A stretch of 64,000 nucleotides of DNA from the NCBI GenBank assembly GCA_963813895.1, contig CAWFAS010000003.1, forward strand, positions 543,914-607,913, read 5' to 3'. Under the pieces are notes generated by a model. That model was not told where the DNA came from. It saw only the letters and a program-made list of their open reading frames with translations, and did not search any database. Positions within the stretch are counted from its first letter, which is position 1, and every line of letters begins with the position of its first letter. Made by a program: the position numbers and the translations under genes. The stretch is from an uncultured Gammaproteobacteria bacterium. Its GTDB lineage: Bacteria; Pseudomonadota; Gammaproteobacteria; JAURND01. This document shows, one piece after another, positions 56,587-64,000 of this stretch.

Positions 56587-57448
56587 ATGGTTTAGTGGAA
56601 ATTAAAAATAAAGTGGTACTGTCACCTGGTTTTTGACCGGTAGGTTTTAAATGAATGCGCGGATATAGTGTGGCTGCCTGCCAATCGCCGCAGAAATCAC
56701 TGGCTATTAATGTAGTGTCATGCGGATATTTATTGCGTAGCTCTATTGCCGTAACGTATAACCCATTGAGTAGCCAAGAGGCTTCAGGATGCGCTAATAC
56801 TTTGTCGCCATAGACTAAGTCGGTTACCCACGATGTGGTATGCATCGGCGTGCGGGTAAACTCCAAATCTTGATTTAATAACCGTTGTGGGGCATACAAT
56901 TGTTGCCAGGCAAAACGGACAGCATTGACATAATCATCAGCTGAAATGGTTTGCGTATTGTTACCCGTTGTTGGATTATTTGCCGTACCCTTGATTTGTT
57001 GTTTAGCCACTGCTATTGATGTAGTCTTTTCATTTTTAGGTAAAGAAATCGTGCGTGTATTGACTGATGCTTGATTGTCAGTTGCAATGTCCAGCAAAAT
57101 AATTTGCTGAGAGTTTTTTAAGGTCACATATAAGCGCGTTTTGGCGAATGCTTGATGCGCAGTCAAATATAGATTTTTGTCATTGTTGATAATGCGTAGT
57201 TGATCTGTGGTTAAGCTGCCGTTTAAATCCACTTGTACCGGTTCTGGAAAAAGTAAACGCTTTTCTTTGTCGACAGGTAATTCAATGGTAATAGGATCGC
57301 CTTTCCAAATTAATGGTGCATTGTCATCATCCGTGGGCAAATATTGCTGCAACTTCTGTATCTGATTATCAGACAACGGTAATGTTGTGGCTGAAAACGC
57401 GGACAAACCTACACTAAATATTAATAGAGACATCAATAACCGTTTCAC
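56549..57448 (-). CDS. secreted T4SS protein (VirB9-like position)
   Basis: Signal peptide, 299 aa, placed by gene order. Confidence 0.4.
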   Translation of the reverse strand: MKRLLMSLLIFSVGLSAFSATTLPLSDNQIQKLQQYLPTDDDNAPLIWKGDPITIELPVDKEKRLLFPEPVQVDLNGSLTTDQLRIINNDKNLYLTAHQAFAKTRLYVTLKNSQQIILLDIATDNQASVNTRTISLPKNEKTTSIAVAKQQIKGTANNPTTGNNTQTISADDYVNAVRFAWQQLYAPQRLLNQDLEFTRTPMHTTSWVTDLVYGDKVLAHPEASWLLNGLYVTAIELRNKYPHDTTLIASDFCGDWQAATLYPRIHLKPTGQKPGDSTTLFLISTKPFGDVLGVCHGSA

Positions 57449-57458
57449 TTGCTATCTC

Positions 57459-58085
57459 CTATATGTACGTCTTTAAGCGTTGCGGTGGCGCAATAAATCC
57501 GCTGATTGCTAACCCATAAGGGTTTAAGCTGTTGGATACATCGTGACGAATCACTTTAAGCGGGTATAAAATTTCCACGTCTTTCACTAGCTGATTGTTT
57601 TTGTATTCCATCAATCGGACTTTGAGATCGACTTCCCAAGCATCTCTGCTTAATTTTTTGACAACTGTGGTATCAAAAGCACTGCCCGAGGCACCTTGAA
57701 TAAACCTCTGTCGCTGAATTTGCCCGCCGGTTAATAAATCTTTGTATTCTTGTAAAAGTTCAGCTTGGAACTCGGGTGTTAAATAAGCTGAATAACTATG
57801 AAGATTTTTCTGGTAGTTTTTACTGCCGTCGTCTGGCCAGTAATTCAATTCTTGCCAGACTTCATAAGTAAAACTGTAAATTAAGGGTGCCGGAATTTCG
57901 CTGACATTAATCGTTGCGCCATTAGAAATATCGGGCGGTACATAAATTCGTAATCGTGACGGTGCGGTCATCCATCCGACACAAAACAAGGCACATAACA
58001 GGAATAAGAGAACAATGAATCGGCCTTGCGCATGAATTAACGCTCGGTCACGATCTTCTTTTTTCCAGGCATTAAACAGCATCAC
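57459..58085 (-). CDS. bitopic T4SS inner-membrane protein (208 aa)
   Basis: Single N-terminal TM helix. Order-based. Confidence 0.4.
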   Translation of the reverse strand: MMLFNAWKKEDRDRALIHAQGRFIVLLFLLCALFCVGWMTAPSRLRIYVPPDISNGATINVSEIPAPLIYSFTYEVWQELNYWPDDGSKNYQKNLHSYSAYLTPEFQAELLQEYKDLLTGGQIQRQRFIQGASGSAFDTTVVKKLSRDAWEVDLKVRLMEYKNNQLVKDVEILYPLKVIRHDVSNSLNPYGLAISGFIAPPQRLKTYI

Positions 58086-58447
58086 GATTCTCTCCTAACT
58101 GACCACCGCCCATTGCGGGTAATAAGCCGGGTTTTCCAGATAAAACTTAATATAGAGGTCCCCAGCTTTTTAAAAAATAATTGCCGATAATAACCATAGG
58201 GTTTGCCGTATTTTAGCCGTTGCAAGCGGCCTAATAAAAAACGGGTAGCATGGACTAATGAGATCAGAGTCAACGCACAACCAATGGACGCATACCCTAT
58301 AAACAGCCAGGTTAATAATGAAAATATGAAACCACCCAGCACCAGATACCCACAACTGACTACCAATAACTCGAACAACGTGCAGTCTTTATAAATAGGC
58401 ATTTTGTGATTGACATGGTTGAGCAGCATCTGGATTATTTCCATCAA
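58082..58447 (-). CDS. small 2-TM membrane protein (TraL-like position)
   Basis: 121 aa, two hydrophobic helices. Confidence 0.4.
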   Translation of the reverse strand: MMEIIQMLLNHVNHKMPIYKDCTLFELLVVSCGYLVLGGFIFSLLTWLFIGYASIGCALTLISLVHATRFLLGRLQRLKYGKPYGYYRQLFFKKLGTSILSFIWKTRLITRNGRWSVRRES

Positions 58448-58809
58448 GTTTGTTGTGGAATAATCAGATAACCGCCATACAGTAACCCAGCACCAATAGC
58501 AGCAGCAGCTACCGCAACAGCGGAGTGCTTAAAGAAATGTCCTATATCCTGTCTTTCTTGTGATGTATGATAGGCTTTGAAAATTCCAAACGCAGCTCCC
58601 GCTACGATCATTGTCCCCAGAACAATTAAAGCGTAACTTAATGTCTTGTATGACAGAGTTCCGCCGACATCAATCCAGTCAGTAGTACCATCTTTGGCAA
58701 TGTCACTATCTGGAGGCTTTGGTAAATCAGCCCAAACTGGCAAAGTCACTGCATAAGCAGTAAGTAAATAAAATCCTTGCTTGATTCGATGCAAACTGCG
58801 TTTCAACAT
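58444..58809 (-). CDS. small membrane protein, possible pilin-like subunit
   Basis: 121 aa, signal-like N-terminus and two C-terminal helices. Confidence 0.4.
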   Translation of the reverse strand: MLKRSLHRIKQGFYLLTAYAVTLPVWADLPKPPDSDIAKDGTTDWIDVGGTLSYKTLSYALIVLGTMIVAGAAFGIFKAYHTSQERQDIGHFFKHSAVAVAAAAIGAGLLYGGYLIIPQQT

Positions 58810-58827
58810 ATTTTTCTCCTGTAAAAA

Positions 58828-59070
58828 TTAACTGATAAACACTAACGTCACGGCGATCGCAACGATAAACATAATCCGTAACAACTGGCGGTGTGCATCA
58901 AACATATCCACGTCATGATGGCGAAAATGGTGGATTTTGCTGTAAACACAAGCAGCTGCCCAAATAAAAACCAAAACCAATAAAATACTGCGCACCGTTA
59001 AACTGAGTTCACTGGCTGATACACCGGCAGCTACTTGTAATGCCTCAATTGCGCTGGACGTTGCAGTCAT
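58828..59070 (-). CDS. 80-aa 2-TM membrane protein
   Basis: Two hydrophobic helices. Confidence 0.35.
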   Translation of the reverse strand: MTATSSAIEALQVAAGVSASELSLTVRSILLVLVFIWAAACVYSKIHHFRHHDVDMFDAHRQLLRIMFIVAIAVTLVFIS

Positions 59071-59438
59071 GAATGGGAATCCTGTGAGAGATTATTTTTA
59101 TCAAGATAATCTCCGCGAATCACATTAAATGACCTTGGTTCCACTGCAGCGTGATCTAGCTTTTGTCGGATCCCAGCTTTGATAGTCTGTACATCGTCTA
59201 ATAATCCGTTGTGCAATTGCCCTTTAGCATCGTGCCAAACAGTATAATGAAATTGAATGCGTAAATTTTTCGGCTGCTCTCGCTCTGCTGCTAAAATCAG
59301 CGGGGTCATGGCATTAAGCTGATTGAGCAGTTGCACCAAATAGCTACGTTCTTGTTCTGGTGAGGCAAAAGCACTACTGACCGCACAACACAGAGTGAAT
59401 ACCAGAATTTTGCTGATTTTATTCACAATCCACCTCAA
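59067..59438 (-). CDS. RAQPRD-family-like secreted ICE protein
   Basis: Signal peptide. Motif region LILAAEREQPKNLRIQF is a variant of the RAQPRD signature. Right size (123 aa) and position. Confidence 0.45.
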   Translation of the reverse strand: MRWIVNKISKILVFTLCCAVSSAFASPEQERSYLVQLLNQLNAMTPLILAAEREQPKNLRIQFHYTVWHDAKGQLHNGLLDDVQTIKAGIRQKLDHAAVEPRSFNVIRGDYLDKNNLSQDSHS

Positions 59439-60163
59439 ACATATTTCTTAAAAGACTTAGCACCAAACTGTGTGATCAATCCCAAAATCATCGCTGATGG
59501 CACAAGAAACCATTGCGGTGATACAGGCCAGGGCAATACCAAATACATCAATAGCGGGACGAAAAACCAAAAACTGCTGCCTCTTTTTAATTCGTGGAAT
59601 AACAAAGTGCTTTCACGCGCACCTTGAAATTTACGGATATCGCGCTGCACCAAGCCATCCACTAATCCCAAACCCAAACACAACAGAAAAAGAGGCAGCG
59701 CTAATAAAAACATAAAAACCCTGGTTAGAATGATTCCAGTTACACCCCAAAGCAGCGGCAGAATCTCGCTGCGGATGGTTTGCCAAACCGGTTGCAGCGG
59801 CTTTTTGAGCCGCGGCGTTTGAACATTCAGTCGTTGCATTTCCTGCTGCAGAGAAGCGAAATCCTGGTTTAACTGTGTCTTCGGATTTATCAACTGCAGT
59901 AATTGCTGCAAGCGCGAATAATTATTTTGATTACCAAATAAAGTATGTTGTTTTAATAGGCGGATATTGGTATCCAAAATGGCATTCATTGCTGGATAAC
60001 CCATTTCATTTTTGTGAACGATGCGGTAAATCCCAAAACCTAATAGCAATATCAGCCAAGCAAACACACTCATTAAAATCAGATGCACCCCAATTGAAAG
60101 TAACATCCCTAACAATCCACGGCGTTTGCGCTGAGTTTTTTCCGGGGCTTTGCTGACCGCCAT
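59435..60163 (-). CDS. polytopic membrane ICE protein (242 aa)
   Basis: 4 TM helices. Order-based. Confidence 0.4.
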   Translation of the reverse strand: MAVSKAPEKTQRKRRGLLGMLLSIGVHLILMSVFAWLILLLGFGIYRIVHKNEMGYPAMNAILDTNIRLLKQHTLFGNQNNYSRLQQLLQLINPKTQLNQDFASLQQEMQRLNVQTPRLKKPLQPVWQTIRSEILPLLWGVTGIILTRVFMFLLALPLFLLCLGLGLVDGLVQRDIRKFQGARESTLLFHELKRGSSFWFFVPLLMYLVLPWPVSPQWFLVPSAMILGLITQFGAKSFKKYV

Positions 60164-60951
60164 TACAAATCCCAGACAGAGACAGCTCGAGATTGGCCAT
60201 TCCTTACCAGTAATAAAAAGGGGGGTTTTAAATCCGCCGGTCTATTTTTAAAACGTTCATCGTCATGGTTGAGGGTAATTCGTCCGCTACTTACTAAATT
60301 GCTCGGTACGTTGTTAACCATTGCCCAGTGGCGAATGGCGTTATTATCTGTGCTGCCGGTGCAATAAATATCTAGGCTAATTTGGGTATTGGATTGCAGT
60401 AAACCCAGCAGTTTGGGTAACACTGCCAAATCCAATCCTTGTTGAATATTTTCAAATAAGGCCAGCCGATCACCTGGCTGCAGTGCACTCTGATTTTTAC
60501 TATGCGTGCTCATGGGGTTAAATACCGATTTATCAAAATCTTTAATCATGGGTTCGTCAGGATATAAGCGGCGCATGGCCATAAACACCGCCTGATTGAA
60601 AGCCAATTCACGCGCCACTTTGTCATGCTCTTGCCGGGCAACGATTTCAGCAAAATGTCGTTGCTCTTCTGATGTTTCCGCGCGCATACCTAGTACCGCC
60701 GGTGGCGTCATATGTGCATACCATAGGCCGTCGGCACCCTGCATCCACTGTTTATACTGCTCCCATTCCTGCTCGGTTAATCTCCAATCCTGCGCAGATC
60801 CAGCAGTGGTAGTTTTTTCCTGTGTATTCTCTGTCACGGTGGATTGTTCTTGTGAATTAGCGATATCATCTGCCTGAATCGATGCATTCCAACTCAAAAC
60901 AAAGACAAAAATTCCTGCACACAGATAGATTATTTTTTTACAAGGTTTCAT
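60163..60951 (-). CDS. secreted ICE protein (262 aa)
   Basis: Signal peptide. Conserved among GI-type T4SS clusters by position. Confidence 0.4.
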   Translation of the reverse strand: MKPCKKIIYLCAGIFVFVLSWNASIQADDIANSQEQSTVTENTQEKTTTAGSAQDWRLTEQEWEQYKQWMQGADGLWYAHMTPPAVLGMRAETSEEQRHFAEIVARQEHDKVARELAFNQAVFMAMRRLYPDEPMIKDFDKSVFNPMSTHSKNQSALQPGDRLALFENIQQGLDLAVLPKLLGLLQSNTQISLDIYCTGSTDNNAIRHWAMVNNVPSNLVSSGRITLNHDDERFKNRPADLKPPFLLLVRNGQSRAVSVWDL

Positions 60952-61631
60952 GCCGTCTGCTCTGAGAGTATGATTTTCACGTACTGGCCTCGAGCATTAG
61001 CTAACTCGACAGTTTGCGTATCATAGTCTGCACTGACTATTTTCCAGGTGGCTAAGGAATCACCTATACCTAAAGGCGCGATGTGATGGTTATAGTCAAC
61101 GGAAATAAAAGGCTGTTCGGAGATCATGTCTAACGACACCACATGAAACGGTAATTTTTTAGCATCTATATATTTTTTACTGATTGATTGCGCTGCCATA
61201 GTTTGTGATAGGTCGCCTAAGTTTGTCTGCATATCGGATAATTGAGCTGATAACTTTTGGATGTCGGTATTTTTTGCAGTCTCTGCGACTTCTTTTTCGA
61301 TGTCGGTTAACTCGGCATCTAGACGGCCCAGAGCAGTTTTCAACTCCGATGGGTTAGATGATGTGGAGGAAAGTTGTTGCACTTGATTGTGTAGGTCACT
61401 GAGTTCACTCAAGATCAACAGACTGCGTTTGTTAGTTATACTGGTTGTTTGATCGGCACCGTGGTTCTCATGCATTACGTAAAATAACGTAGTCAAAGAA
61501 AGTAGCGCACTGAAAAGTAATGTGAAAAAAAGTCCATAATTTTTTATTGAATCGCTGCAATGCCATTGTTTGTCTTTCAACAACTGGAGCAGGGATTTTA
61601 TTTTGACTGATTCATTAGCGGGAGAGTTCAT
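60948..61631 (-). CDS. bitopic ICE protein with coiled coil (227 aa)
   Basis: TM helix then a long heptad region. Confidence 0.4.
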   Translation of the reverse strand: MNSPANESVKIKSLLQLLKDKQWHCSDSIKNYGLFFTLLFSALLSLTTLFYVMHENHGADQTTSITNKRSLLILSELSDLHNQVQQLSSTSSNPSELKTALGRLDAELTDIEKEVAETAKNTDIQKLSAQLSDMQTNLGDLSQTMAAQSISKKYIDAKKLPFHVVSLDMISEQPFISVDYNHHIAPLGIGDSLATWKIVSADYDTQTVELANARGQYVKIILSEQTA

Positions 61632-61637
61632 ACGACC

Positions 61638-62072
61638 TTATCCTTTATGCCAGGTAATATCCGGTTTCAGCTTAAAGTTGATTTCACGATTGAGAGGATC
61701 CTGCATCAAAGTAAATGCAGGACCTGCCAGGGTGATTAATCCGTCTTTTAAACTCATGGGGCCAAAATTACGGTCAACTAAGGGCAACGGTTTTCGTAGC
61801 GTATTTTTCATGGCTACGCTTTGTCTGGCATCGTCAACCAGGCTATAGCCGCTATATCGCAACAAGTAATTCATGGCGTCGCCAATGGTTTGAACTGCTT
61901 GGGGAAAACGCACCTGGATGATTTGTGATAACAAATTGACTTGTGCGCTGCTTGGTTTATTATCGACCGAAAGGTAACGTCCTACTGTCATATTACCCGT
62001 TTGTGCAAAGGCAGAAGATGTAACAACAATGAGCATCATGGCTACTATTCCCAATTTATTTTTGTATCGCAT
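61638..62072 (-). CDS. PilL-like ICE lipoprotein/secreted protein
   Basis: Signal peptide. 144 aa. First structural gene after the LuxR-type regulator, as pilL is in PFGI-1-class clusters. Confidence 0.45.
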   Translation of the reverse strand: MRYKNKLGIVAMMLIVVTSSAFAQTGNMTVGRYLSVDNKPSSAQVNLLSQIIQVRFPQAVQTIGDAMNYLLRYSGYSLVDDARQSVAMKNTLRKPLPLVDRNFGPMSLKDGLITLAGPAFTLMQDPLNREINFKLKPDITWHKG

Positions 62073-62195
62073 AAATTTCTCGTTGAAATTTTTTTAGATA
62101 ATTAAAAAATTTAATAAACAAATTTTAAGAGTTATTTTTGATAATGAGAATACCCCAGATCAGGGGACAAGAATGGCCATGAAGAGAAGATCATT

Positions 62196-62585
62196 TTATT
62201 TTTTCTTATCGGAAATTTGTAAATATCCTCGTTGCAAGGAGATAAAAAATGCCTGTGTTCTATTTCTAACCTGTAGCTTTTTATGTATTCGCTTTAAGTA
62301 AGATGATAGGGTATTAGAGGTGATATTTAACAAGGTGGCGCATTGTTCAGGACTTTTACCTGTAGCTAATAAAATCAGGCATAGCATTTCCCTTATACTT
62401 AAAGGATTATTTTTAACTATGCCTGGAATGATACCTAACTCTTCAGCCAGAATGTCCTGCAAAGCAGCTACTGTGTTCTCAGGTAGTAGTTTGTGATGTG
62501 CAACTTCATTACCTCCAAATATGGCAATTATTTTTTGTTCAAAAGTGATGTTATCCTTTGGCGCCTGTATAATAAATTGCTCCAT
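62196..62585 (-). CDS. LuxR/GerE-family HTH transcriptional regulator (no receiver domain)
   Basis: C-terminal LSIREMLCLILLATGKSPEQCATLLNITSNTLSSYLKRIHKKL. Confidence 0.65.
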   Translation of the reverse strand: MEQFIIQAPKDNITFEQKIIAIFGGNEVAHHKLLPENTVAALQDILAEELGIIPGIVKNNPLSIREMLCLILLATGKSPEQCATLLNITSNTLSSYLKRIHKKLQVRNRTQAFFISLQRGYLQISDKKK

Positions 62586-62588
62586 GAT

Positions 62589-63266
62589 TTAACTCTTTTT
62601 TTCAGGTAGGTTAGAAACTTCTTGAGATGACAAATCCTGCAAAGCAGATGAGTCATTTCCCAATAATAAGACATCTCTATGTATCAGCGCATTAGCATCA
62701 GTGCCTAGCTGATACACCTGATGGGCTTTTTTCTTGTCTCCAATCAATACCGGCGGTGGCTCTTCATAACCTTGTAAACTATTTTGCCAAGCTAGACGAC
62801 CACTTAATTTTTTTGGATATTCTGCAGGTGGATGTAGCACATAAGCTGCGTAAAGTTTTTTAAATTCATGGCCTTTAAATTTCAATTCATCCAAGGTCGT
62901 TTCACACAAGCATATCCATCCTCCTAAATCATCAATAACGCGATGCAGAATCGCGTCGTCGAATACTAGGGAATCATAACTGCCTATACACTTTATAATC
63001 TTCAGGACATGGGTCCAGGCTTTCAGAGCTTGGGTTTCAGTGCTGCCCTCGATATAACGCAACACTTCCGTCGCCTGCGGCATGAAATGCCCTTTGTCAG
63101 GATTTTGAGTGGTGCAGGCATACAAGGCTTTTTTCACCTCAGCAAATTCAAACCGTTCCAATGTTTGCCAGTAGCGTTCAATGGCAAACTCATTTAAGGA
63201 TTGGCCATAGGACAGACTTAAAGCCATTAGCAATTCTACAAATTCCGGCATTTCTTCGCTTTGCAT
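62589..63266 (-). CDS. hypothetical ICE protein (225 aa)
   Basis: ORF co-directional with the regulator. Not assigned. Confidence 0.45.
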   Translation of the reverse strand: MQSEEMPEFVELLMALSLSYGQSLNEFAIERYWQTLERFEFAEVKKALYACTTQNPDKGHFMPQATEVLRYIEGSTETQALKAWTHVLKIIKCIGSYDSLVFDDAILHRVIDDLGGWICLCETTLDELKFKGHEFKKLYAAYVLHPPAEYPKKLSGRLAWQNSLQGYEEPPPVLIGDKKKAHQVYQLGTDANALIHRDVLLLGNDSSALQDLSSQEVSNLPEKKS

Positions 63267-64000
63267 CAGGTTTTTTCTCCCGCTATTTTTTTGTTGAGCC
63301 AGTTTTTGCCGGCATTGACGTTTTCTCGCAGCAGCTTGTCGGATGTGTTCGGTGGGCAGGGTGGATTGTGATGATGGCGCATGAACCGTTCAATCTGGTC
63401 GCTATCCCGCAGTATCACATGCAGCCCATCGTATCGTTGGCCACGATCATTATCCCCCATGTTATGCGGAGTTTTAGCGCAACCACTGATGGCATCACAC
63501 AACTGCGCTACGGAGTAGCCGCGTTGCAATGCCTGTGAAATTAAGCGCTGGCGTTTGGCATCCAGTAGCGCTTGTGAATGGTTGAGGGTGGTTTTCCAGA
63601 AATTAAAAACCTGGAAGACCTGGGCAGAACCCACCGGCCTCCGTCGCGCTGGCGCGACAATGTTTCGGTTACTCCCCAGTTCCCCCTGTTTTTCCATTTC
63701 CTTTTCCACATCCAGCTCCAGTTCCACTTCCCGTTCCACTTCCACTTCCACTTCCACTTCCACTTCCAGCGATGCAGGCATCTGCATTTCACGTGCAGGC
63801 ATGTGCATTGCATGTGCTTGCATATGCATTTCAGGGTGGAGCGGACTTAGATCTTTTTGATTGCTTGTATCTTGCTGATTTATTTTGAAATTTTCTGTTA
63901 CCGCAGAGGATTTCATTGAGAGTACGGTTAAAGGTTCAGGTGTTACAGAGTTTGATATTGGCATTGCAGGAGTCTGTTCGTGCAATGCAGAATATTGCAT
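63266..64000 (-). CDS. partial CDS (N-terminus outside window) with acidic (EV)n / His-Met-rich low-complexity repeats and a basic C-terminal domain
   Basis: Open to the window edge. Contains EVEVEVEVEVEREVELELDVEKE encoded by tandem hexamers. Confidence 0.5.
   Translation of the reverse strand: MQYSALHEQTPAMPISNSVTPEPLTVLSMKSSAVTENFKINQQDTSNQKDLSPLHPEMHMQAHAMHMPAREMQMPASLEVEVEVEVEVEREVELELDVEKEMEKQGELGSNRNIVAPARRRPVGSAQVFQVFNFWKTTLNHSQALLDAKRQRLISQALQRGYSVAQLCDAISGCAKTPHNMGDNDRGQRYDGLHVILRDSDQIERFMRHHHNPPCPPNTSDKLLRENVNAGKNWLNKKIAGEKT
63690..63840. repeat. tandem hexanucleotide repeat (CACTTC x ~6, then degenerate TGCATGTGC-type units) inside the partial CDS
   Basis: ccacttccacttccacttccacttccacttcc read directly. 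In-frame, coding (EV)n. Confidence 0.7.

Noticed and set aside
63690-63840. Regularly spaced short repeats that could superficially suggest a CRISPR array
   Set aside because: Units are 6 bp, contiguous (no spacers) and in-frame inside a CDS. This is a coding low-complexity tract, not CRISPR. No CRISPR-like repeat-spacer structure was seen anywhere in the window.
44428-64000. Looked for a relaxase (TraI/MobH), parA/parB, topB or a second copy of the tRNA 3' end (att repeat)
   Set aside because: None found in this window. Presumably these lie beyond 64 kb, so the island cannot be closed here.

Overview
AT-rich Legionella-like window (inferred from composition and gene content, not searched). 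Bases 1-2165 are chromosomal backbone, with yraN and an lpoA-like gene. A tRNA-Thr(UGU) at 2166-2242 is followed directly by a P4-type tyrosine integrase (2249-3424, minus). From there to the end of the window runs a large integrative conjugative element (ICE) of the PFGI-1/ICEclc/ICEHin1056 class (genomic-island-type, MPF_G type IV secretion). It is not closed inside the window: no relaxase, parA/parB or right-hand att site is seen. The left ~40 kb is cargo. It carries: (i) orphan LuxR-type response regulators and a POT-family permease; (ii) a compact YcaO + TfuA-fusion + ThiS-like(GG) + E1/rhodanese (MoeZ-like) cassette with two small candidate substrate ORFs, i.e. a full peptide-backbone thioamidation-type toolkit with no identified substrate; (iii) an intact group II intron; (iv) a DUF3050/PAS-kinase/response-regulator module; (v) a nitronate monooxygenase gene, an HU gene and a Lys-rich protein gene; (vi) a second group II intron whose RT gene is split by a 3.5-kb recombinase-in-trio (RIT) element flanked by a 6-bp duplication, giving ICE > intron > RIT nesting; (vii) a candidate defence islet (KAP P-loop NTPase, TIR-like/Cap12-like protein, putative regulator with an array of CGTTAG-N-CTAACG operators) inserted between radC and a truncated DNA-methyltransferase gene. 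From ~40.6 kb the conserved ICE core starts on the minus strand: DUF2958, ssb, TraD/VirD4 coupling protein, TraG-like, TraC/VirB4 and about 15 small MPF_G components, pilL-like, LuxR-type regulator. Small ICE core genes are preceded by a family of related palindromic hairpin elements, and two diverged ~110-bp repeats sit upstream of the radC and ssb operons. No CRISPR array or rRNA was seen.
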